This document shows, one piece after another, positions 57,453 through 64,000 of a stretch of 64,000 nucleotides of DNA. This stretch comes from Pseudoxanthomonas sp. (GTDB lineage: Bacteria; Pseudomonadota; Gammaproteobacteria; Xanthomonadales; Xanthomonadaceae): NCBI GenBank assembly GCA_047600885.1, contig JASGKE010000002.1:47233-111232 (forward strand). The letters run 5' to 3'. The position numbers and the translations under genes are program-made. Below the pieces are notes generated by a model, which had not been told where the DNA came from, did no database searches, and was given only the letters and a program-made list of their open reading frames with translations. The first letter of the stretch is position 1. The number at the start of each line of letters is the position of its first letter.

Positions 57453-58241
57453 ATGGGCGCCCCCACCGCCATCCATCCCAGCGCGGTCGTCGATCCCGGC
57501 GCATCACTGGGTGAAGGCGTGCGTATCGGGCCGTTCGCGTATGTCGGCCCGGACGTCGAGATCGGCGATGGCACCGTCATCGGCCCGCACTGCACGGTCA
57601 CCGGCCCGACGCGCATCGGCCGCGACAACCACTTCGTCGGCCACGTGGCCGTCGGCGGCGATCCGCAGGACAAGAAGTTCAAGGGCGAACGCGTCGAACT
57701 GGTGATCGGCGACCGCAACCAGGTGCGCGAGTTCGTCACCCTGAACCGCGGCACCGTCACCGGTACCGGCATCACCCGGATCGGCAGCGACAACATGCTG
57801 CTGGCTTACACGCACGTCGCGCACGACTGCATCGTGGGCAACCACTGCGTGTTTTCGAACAACTCCACGCTGGCGGGCCACGTCACCGTAGAGGATTGGG
57901 TGATCATGAGCGGGTTCTCCGGCGTGCATCAGTTCTGCCGGATCGGCGCGCATGCCTTCATCGGCATGGGCGTGCTGCTCAGCGGCGACGTACCGCCGTT
58001 CACCATGGTGGCGGGAGAAGCCTCCGGCCGGCCACGCGGCATCAACAGCGAAGGCCTGAAGCGTCGCGGCTTCGATGCCGACCGCATCGCCGCCATCAAG
58101 CGCGCCTACCGCACGCTGTACGTCGCCGGCCTGCCGCTGGCGGAAGCCAAGCAACAGCTTGCCGAACAGGCGCAGGCCAGCGACGACGTAAAGGCCCTGC
58201 TGCACTTCATCGACAGCGGCGAACGGCCGTTGCAGCGCTGA
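57453..58241 (+). CDS. lpxA: Acyl-ACP--UDP-N-acetylglucosamine O-acyltransferase
   Basis: Internal ATG at 57453. The product [32 protein letters not shown]... has hexapeptide repeats and a C-terminal helical domain ([11 protein letters not shown]...[10 protein letters not shown]). Confidence 0.93.
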   Translation: MGAPTAIHPSAVVDPGASLGEGVRIGPFAYVGPDVEIGDGTVIGPHCTVTGPTRIGRDNHFVGHVAVGGDPQDKKFKGERVELVIGDRNQVREFVTLNRGTVTGTGITRIGSDNMLLAYTHVAHDCIVGNHCVFSNNSTLAGHVTVEDWVIMSGFSGVHQFCRIGAHAFIGMGVLLSGDVPPFTMVAGEASGRPRGINSEGLKRRGFDADRIAAIKRAYRTLYVAGLPLAEAKQQLAEQAQASDDVKALLHFIDSGERPLQR

Positions 58242-59419
58242 TGGACGCGATACCCGCGGCCCGGCCGCTCCGCATCGCGCTGTGCGCGGGCGAAGCGTCC
58301 GGCGACGGGTTAGGCGCGGGGCTGGTCGAGGCATTGAAGAAACGCTTTCCCGATGCCGAATTCGCCGGCATCGGCGGCGACGCCATGCGCGCGGCCGGCT
58401 GCGATACCTGGTTCGACGCGGGCGAACTCGCCGTGATGGGCCTGGCCGAGGTACTCCGTCACCTGCCGCGCCTGCTGCGGCTGCGCATGGCGTTCCGCCA
58501 GCGCATGCTGGCGTGGCAGCCCGATGTCTTCGTCGGCATCGATGCACCCGACTTCAACCTGGGCGTGGAAGCCTGGCTCAAGCAGCGCGGCGTGCGCACC
58601 GTCCACTACGTCAGCCCGTCGGTCTGGGCCTGGCGCGAGAAACGCGCGGAGAAGATCGGCCGCAGCGCGGACCGCGTGCTGTGCCTGTTCCCGATGGAAC
58701 CGCCGATCTACGTGCGTCACGGCGTGGATGCGCGCTTCGTCGGGCACCCGATGGCCGACGAGATCCCGCTGCAGCCCGATCACGAGGCCGCCCGTGCCGC
58801 ATTGGGCCTGCCCGCGGGCGCGCCGGTGCTGGCCGTGTTGCCCGGCAGCCGGCTCGGCGAGATCCAGCGCCTGGCACCGGCGTTCTTCGACGCCGCCCGA
58901 CGCGTGGCCGCAGAGATTCCAGGCCTGCAGGTGGTCGTACCCGCCGCGAATGCCGCCTGTCGGCAGGCACTGGAAGCGCAGCTGTCCGCGCACGGTGCCG
59001 ATGCCGCCTGGCACCTGCTCGATGGCCAGGCACGCACGGCGATGATCGCCAGTGACGTGGTCCTGCTGGCTTCCGGCACCGCCACGCTGGAAGCGATGCT
59101 CTGCAAGCGCCCGATGGTGGTCGGCTACCGGATCGCGCCGCTGACCTATCGGATCGTCAAAGGCCTGGGCCTGCTGAAGGTCGAGCGTTACGCGCTGCCC
59201 AACGTGCTCGCCGGTGCCGACATCGCGCCGGAACGCATGCAGGACGACTGCACGCCCGAGCATCTGGCCGCCGATGTGCTCCACTGGTTCCGCTCGCCCG
59301 ACGCGGTGGCCGCGCTGCAACCGACCTACCAGCGTCTGCACGCACAGCTGAAGCAGGATGCCTCGGCGAGCGCGGCCGATGCGGTCGCTAGTGTGCTCGA
59401 CGGGGCGCGGCGCGGATGA
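58241..59419 (+). CDS. lpxB: Lipid-A-disaccharide synthase
   Basis: ATG at 58241 overlapping the lpxA stop (TGATG). The product reads [46 protein letters not shown]...[10 protein letters not shown]...LPGSR. Confidence 0.93.
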   Translation: MDAIPAARPLRIALCAGEASGDGLGAGLVEALKKRFPDAEFAGIGGDAMRAAGCDTWFDAGELAVMGLAEVLRHLPRLLRLRMAFRQRMLAWQPDVFVGIDAPDFNLGVEAWLKQRGVRTVHYVSPSVWAWREKRAEKIGRSADRVLCLFPMEPPIYVRHGVDARFVGHPMADEIPLQPDHEAARAALGLPAGAPVLAVLPGSRLGEIQRLAPAFFDAARRVAAEIPGLQVVVPAANAACRQALEAQLSAHGADAAWHLLDGQARTAMIASDVVLLASGTATLEAMLCKRPMVVGYRIAPLTYRIVKGLGLLKVERYALPNVLAGADIAPERMQDDCTPEHLAADVLHWFRSPDAVAALQPTYQRLHAQLKQDASASAADAVASVLDGARRG

Positions 59420-60021
59420 GCCTGGGCGGCCTCTTCGCGATGCCCACGGCGCGCCTGGTCGCCGGCGTGGACGAAGCCGGGCGCGGACCGCTCGCGGGCC
59501 CCGTCGCCGTCGCCGCCGTGATCCTGGACGATGCGCGCGCGATTCCCGGGCTCAATGATTCCAAACAGCTCAGCGAGGCCAAGCGCGAAGCACTGTTTCC
59601 GCTGATCCAGGAACGTGCACTCGCATGGCGGGTGGAATTCGTCGAGCCGGACGAGATCGACCGCCTCAACATCCTGCAGGCCACGCTGGAAGGCATGCGC
59701 CGCGCGGTGATGGCGCTGCAACCGTTTCCCGACCTGGTGCGCATCGACGGCAACCGGGCGCCTAAGGGCCTGAACTGCATGGCCGAAACGCTGGTCGGCG
59801 GCGACGCCATCGAGCCAGCGATCATGGCGGCGTCGATCCTGGCGAAGGTGTCGCGGGACCGCCTGATGGTGCAGCTGCACGCGACGTTCCCGCAGTACGG
59901 TTTCGACGTGCACAAGGGGTATCCCACGCCGGCGCATCTGTCGGCGTTGGCACAGCACGGCCCCTGCACGCACCACCGACGCAGTTTCGCCCCGGTACGC
60001 GAGGCGTTGCGGGCGTCGTGA
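59416..60021 (+). CDS. rnhB: Ribonuclease HII
   Basis: [16 protein letters not shown]...DSKQLS...[10 protein letters not shown]...GYPT. The start overlaps the lpxB stop by 4 nt. Confidence 0.93.
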   Translation: MSLGGLFAMPTARLVAGVDEAGRGPLAGPVAVAAVILDDARAIPGLNDSKQLSEAKREALFPLIQERALAWRVEFVEPDEIDRLNILQATLEGMRRAVMALQPFPDLVRIDGNRAPKGLNCMAETLVGGDAIEPAIMAASILAKVSRDRLMVQLHATFPQYGFDVHKGYPTPAHLSALAQHGPCTHHRRSFAPVREALRAS

Positions 60022-60158
60022 ATCCCATGACCATCGGCACCGTGCCCATGGTCAGGATGGCTTCTTGCAGGCGCGTCACGCGGCACCACACGGCAGCATG
60101 ACGGTCATGCCCGTTCCCTCCCCCTGGATCGCGGGTTCCCCTCCCCCACGAGGCCTGC

Positions 60159-60476
60159 ATGACCCTGGTGCATTCCGACGTCGCTCCCGCGACGCCACGC
60201 CGTAACCCCCACACCGACGACGAGCGGCTCGCTCTGCTGCGCTGCCTGCTGGCCGACCGCAGCTGGACCCAGGACGCCGCCCAGCGCGCCCTCCTGCTGC
60301 ACGTGCTGGCCGCCCTGCGTGCGCCCGGCGGCATGCCGCTGGATGAGGCCCAGTGGACGCTGCTGGCCGACGAGACCGCCCGCTACCTGGAATTCCGCCG
60401 CCAACAGAGCCTGGAGCGCCAGCTGTGCGGCCTGCACGGAACCCCCGTCGCCCATCCCGCCCCACGCTTGCACTGA
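60159..60476 (+). CDS. Hypothetical protein (105 aa)
   Basis: ORF with host-like high GC3 codon usage, followed by its own rho-independent terminator. I recognise no family. Confidence 0.5.
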   Translation: MTLVHSDVAPATPRRNPHTDDERLALLRCLLADRSWTQDAAQRALLLHVLAALRAPGGMPLDEAQWTLLADETARYLEFRRQQSLERQLCGLHGTPVAHPAPRLH

Positions 60477-60520
60477 CCCCGACGACGCCGCTCGAGACGG
60501 CGCGCCCTCCACTTCCCCCT

Positions 60521-60546
60521 GCCGCTCCCCTGGGCGGCTTTTTTTT
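60521..60546 (+). terminator. Rho-independent terminator upstream of dnaE
   Basis: gccgc-tcccctgg-gcggc followed by tttttttt (60539-60546). Confidence 0.75.
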
Positions 60547-60638
60547 GCGGGGTGGAGCCGGCCGGCGACGCCGGAATGTCAAGCCTTGCCCCACCCCACC
60601 CCCACCGTTACGCTGGCCCGACAGTACCCCGAGCCGGC

Positions 60639-63600
60639 ATGTCCTCCCGTTTCGTCCACCTCCACCTGCACACCGAATTTTCGTTGGCGGATTCGATCAT
60701 CCGCGTGCCCGAGAAGCCGGATCAGGCCGACCCGAAGAAGGCCAAGCAGGCGAACCTGCTGAGCCGCGCGGTGGAACTGGGCATGCCTGCGCTGGCGGTC
60801 ACCGACCGCAACAACCTGTTCGCGCTGGTGAAGTTCTACAAAGCGGCCGAAGGCGTGGGCCTGAAGCCCATCGCGGGTGCGGATCTGCTGGTCGCCGAAG
60901 GCAACGAGGCCCCGTGGACGGTCACGCTGCTCTGCCGCGACCGCGACGGCTACCTGTCGCTGTCGCGCCTGCTGACGCGCGCCTGGATGGAAGGCCACCG
61001 CACCGATGGCGTGGCGATCGATCCGGAGTGGTTGCGCCAGGACCATGCGGGCCTGTTCGCACTGATGGGACGGCAGAGCCTGGCGGGCCGGATGGCGCTC
61101 GGCGGCCGCCACGATCTGGCCGAACAACACCTCGCCGACTGGCAGCGCAGCTTCGGCGAGGACCTGCACCTGGAACTGACGCGCACGCAGCGCGATGGCG
61201 AAGAGGCCTTCAACGCGTTCGCCCTGCACGCAGCGGGCACGCGCAGCCTGCCGGTGATCGCCAGCAACGACGTGCGCTTCCTCTCGCCCGACGATTTCGA
61301 CGCGCACGAAGCGCGCGTGTGCATCGCCTCGGGCCGCGTGCTCGACGATCCCAAGCGTCCGCGCGACTACAGCCCCGAGCAGTACATGAAGTCGGCCGCG
61401 CAGATGGCCGAGCTGTTCGCCGACGTGCCCGACGCGATCGACAACACGATGGCGCTGGCCCAGCGCTGCAATATCGAGATGCGGTTGGGCACGTACTTCC
61501 TGCCCGCGTACCCGGTGCCGGACGACGAAACGCTGGACAGCTGGATCCGCAGCCTGTCGCACGAAGGCCTGAAGACGCGCCTGGAGAAGAACCCGCTCGC
61601 ACCCGGCCACACGCGCGAGGACTACGAGCAACGGCTGGATTTCGAGCTGGACACCATCTGCAAGATGGGCTTCCCCGGCTACTTCCTGATCGTGGCCGAC
61701 TTCATCCAGTGGGGAAAGAACCACGGCATCCCGATCGGACCGGGCCGCGGCTCGGGCGCGGGCTCGCTGGTGGCGTGGGCGCTGCAGATCACCGATCTCG
61801 ACCCGTTGCCGTACGGCCTGCTGTTCGAACGCTTCCTCAATCCGGAACGCGTGTCGATGCCCGACTTCGACATCGACTTCTGCATGGATCGCCGCGATGA
61901 GGTGATCGACTACGTCGCACGCAAGTACGGTCGCGACCGGGTCAGCCAGATCATCACCTACGGCACCATGGCCGCGAAGGCCGTGGTGCGCGACGCGGGC
62001 CGCGTGTTGGGCTTCCCGTACGGCCTGGTCGATGGCGTCGCCAAGCTGATCCCGAACATCCTGGGCGTGACGCTGAAGGATGCGATGGGCGAAGGCAGCA
62101 GCGAGATGGCCTCGCAGGAGCTGATCGAGCGCTACCGCGACGAAGACGACGTCCGCGACCTGATCGATCTCGCTCGCCAGCTGGAAGACCTGACCCGCAA
62201 CGCCGGCAAGCACGCCGGCGGCGTGGTGATCGCGCCGACGCCACTGTCGGACTTCTGCCCGCTGTTCGCCGAACACGACGAAGGCGGACGCGGCAGGAAC
62301 CCGGTCACCCAGTTCGACAAGGACGACGTGGAAGCCGTCGGCCTGGTGAAGTTCGACTTCCTCGGCCTGCGCACGCTGACGATCATCGATTGGGCGGTGA
62401 AGGCGGTGAACGCGCGCCGCGCGCACCTCGGTGTGGTGCCGATCGACATCGCCACGATCCCGCTCGACGACGCCAGCGTGTACCGCGACGTGTTCGCCAA
62501 CGGCAATACGGGTTCGGTGTTCCAGTTCGAATCCTCAGGCATGCGCCGCGCCCTGAAGGAAGCCAAGCCCGACCGGTTCGAGGACCTGATCGCGCTGAAC
62601 GCGCTGTACCGCCCCGGCCCGATGGACATGATCCCGTCCTTCGTCGAGCGCAAGCACGGGCGCGAGGAGTTCGACTACCCCGACCCTCGCACCAAGACCA
62701 TGCTGGAAGAGACCTACGGCATCATGGTCTACCAGGAGCAGGTCATGCAGATGGCGCAGATCGTCGGCGGTTACTCGCTGGGCGGCGCCGACCTGCTGCG
62801 CCGCGCGATGGGCAAGAAAGTGCCGGCCGAAATGGCCAAGCAGCGCGAGATCTTCCGCGAAGGCGCGGCCAAAGGCGGCGTCGACGAGCGCAAGGCTGAC
62901 GAGATCTTCGACCTGATGGAGAAGTTCGCCGGCTACGGCTTCAACAAGTCGCATGCCGCCGCGTACTCGCTGGTCGCCTATCAGACCGCGTGGCTGAAGA
63001 AGCACTACCCGGCCGAGTTCATGGCCGCCACGCTGTCGTCGGACATGGACAAGACCGACAAGGTGGTCGGCTTCCTCGACGAAGCGCGCGGCCTCGGCCT
63101 GAACGTGCTGCCACCCGATGTGAACCACTCGGACTTCATGTTCGTCGCCACCGACGCCAACACCGTGCGCTACGGCCTGGGCGCGGTGAAGGGCGTGGGC
63201 CAGGGCGTGTGCGAGAGCATCGTCGAGGCCCGTGGCGATATCGGACCGTTCCGCGACCTGCTGGATTTCTGCAAGCGCGTCGATTCGTCCAAGCTCAACA
63301 AGCGTGCGCTGGAAGCGTTGATCAACGCCGGTGCGCTGGATGCCCTCGGCCGCAACCGCGCCTCGTTGGCGCTGCAGTTGCCGGAAGTGCTGAAGGCGAT
63401 CGACCAGATCAGCAAGAACCGCAACGCGGGCATCGTCGACATGTTCGGCGCCAGCAGTGGTGGCGACGACATCCACGTCGAGCTGCCGGTGACGGACGAA
63501 TGGCCGCTCACGCAGAAGCTGCATGGCGAGCGCGAGACGCTGGGGCACTACCTCAGCGGCCATCCGATGGATCCGTATCGCGACGATCTGCGCACGTTGG

Positions 63601-64000
63601 TGGGCAGCGACCTGAGCGAGCTGGACCGCCTCTGGTCGAGCGGTTCCAGCGGCGAGAAGAAAGGCTGGCGCCCCGAGGTCAACGCGATCGTCGCCGGCCA
63701 GGTGGTCGGCGTGCGCCGCAAGGGCGACAGCCAGGTCTTCGTACAGTTGGAAGACGGCCGTGGCCGCATCGAATGCAGCGCGTTCTCCGATGCGTTGAAC
63801 GAATTCGGCGCGCTGATGACGCGCGACCGTGTGCTGGTCATCAAGGGCGGCCTGCGCGAAGACGAGTTCAGCGGCGGCTACAGCCTGCGCATCCGCCAGG
63901 TCTGGGACTACACCGCGCTATGCCAGCAACATGCGCAACGCCTCCAGCTACGCCTGGACCTACGCGTGCCGGGCCTGTGGGAACGCGTCGACGCATTGCT
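60639..64000 (+). CDS. dnaE: DNA polymerase III alpha subunit (C-terminal end lies right of the window)
   Basis: My own translation from the ATG at 60639 gives MSSRFVHLHLHTEFSLADSIIRV... (PHP domain), later ...GFPGYFLIVADFIQWGKNHGIPIGPGRGSGAGSLVAWALQITDLDPL... and FDFLGLRTLTII. The frame is open to the window edge, which explains why it is not in the ORF track. Confidence 0.95.
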   Translation, partial: MSSRFVHLHLHTEFSLADSIIRVPEKPDQADPKKAKQANLLSRAVELGMPALAVTDRNNLFALVKFYKAAEGVGLKPIAGADLLVAEGNEAPWTVTLLCRDRDGYLSLSRLLTRAWMEGHRTDGVAIDPEWLRQDHAGLFALMGRQSLAGRMALGGRHDLAEQHLADWQRSFGEDLHLELTRTQRDGEEAFNAFALHAAGTRSLPVIASNDVRFLSPDDFDAHEARVCIASGRVLDDPKRPRDYSPEQYMKSAAQMAELFADVPDAIDNTMALAQRCNIEMRLGTYFLPAYPVPDDETLDSWIRSLSHEGLKTRLEKNPLAPGHTREDYEQRLDFELDTICKMGFPGYFLIVADFIQWGKNHGIPIGPGRGSGAGSLVAWALQITDLDPLPYGLLFERFLNPERVSMPDFDIDFCMDRRDEVIDYVARKYGRDRVSQIITYGTMAAKAVVRDAGRVLGFPYGLVDGVAKLIPNILGVTLKDAMGEGSSEMASQELIERYRDEDDVRDLIDLARQLEDLTRNAGKHAGGVVIAPTPLSDFCPLFAEHDEGGRGRNPVTQFDKDDVEAVGLVKFDFLGLRTLTIIDWAVKAVNARRAHLGVVPIDIATIPLDDASVYRDVFANGNTGSVFQFESSGMRRALKEAKPDRFEDLIALNALYRPGPMDMIPSFVERKHGREEFDYPDPRTKTMLEETYGIMVYQEQVMQMAQIVGGYSLGGADLLRRAMGKKVPAEMAKQREIFREGAAKGGVDERKADEIFDLMEKFAGYGFNKSHAAAYSLVAYQTAWLKKHYPAEFMAATLSSDMDKTDKVVGFLDEARGLGLNVLPPDVNHSDFMFVATDANTVRYGLGAVKGVGQGVCESIVEARGDIGPFRDLLDFCKRVDSSKLNKRALEALINAGALDALGRNRASLALQLPEVLKAIDQISKNRNAGIVDMFGASSGGDDIHVELPVTDEWPLTQKLHGERETLGHYLSGHPMDPYRDDLRTLVGSDLSELDRLWSSGSSGEKKGWRPEVNAIVAGQVVGVRRKGDSQVFVQLEDGRGRIECSAFSDALNEFGALMTRDRVLVIKGGLREDEFSGGYSLRIRQVWDYTALCQQHAQRLQLRLDLRVPGLWERVDAL

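Overview
High-GC chromosomal segment whose gene content and order look like Xanthomonadales/Lysobacterales (a taxonomic inference from synteny and composition only). I support about 55 protein genes and one tRNA. From left to right: a truncated M28 peptidase; a complete Pho-regulated phosphate uptake locus (oprP-type porin divergent from pstS-pstS-pstCAB-phoU, with 11-bp-phased Pho-box-like repeats); a three-gene RiPP-type metallophore cluster (EGKCG-repeat/EF-hand precursor, then a DUF692/MNIO oxidase, then a DUF2063 partner); RNase T fused to an unassigned C-terminal domain, followed by an ICMT-family methyltransferase and a macrodomain protein; rhtA divergent from an XRE-cupin regulator with twin palindromic operators; DmpA peptidase, rlmB, a GFA-family protein, rnr, tRNA-Leu(CAG), parC, tpm, bfr, a penicillin/AHL-acylase-family Ntn hydrolase and a SnoaL-like protein; the minus-strand block map-glnD-dapD-(orphan)-arsC family-dapE-(Asn-rich leader)-asnB; and the conserved rpsB-tsf ... 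pyrH-frr-uppS-cdsA-dxr-rseP-bamA-lpxD-fabZ-lpxA-lpxB-rnhB-dnaE backbone. That backbone is interrupted between tsf and pyrH by a roughly 9.8-kb accessory block of visibly lower GC (HDOD-GGDEF, two TPR-sulfotransferase paralogues, an Oar-like TonB-dependent receptor, AIM24, a cupin), and between pyrH and frr by a CDF metal exporter. The best candidates for follow-up are (1) the HvfABC-like MNIO cluster, whose precursor combines six EGKCG motifs with a canonical EF-hand pair, and (2) a candidate asparagine-sensing leader-peptide attenuator upstream of asnB. I saw no CRISPR array, rRNA, transposase or integrase. Many long ORFs in the track are antisense artefacts of high GC and were rejected.
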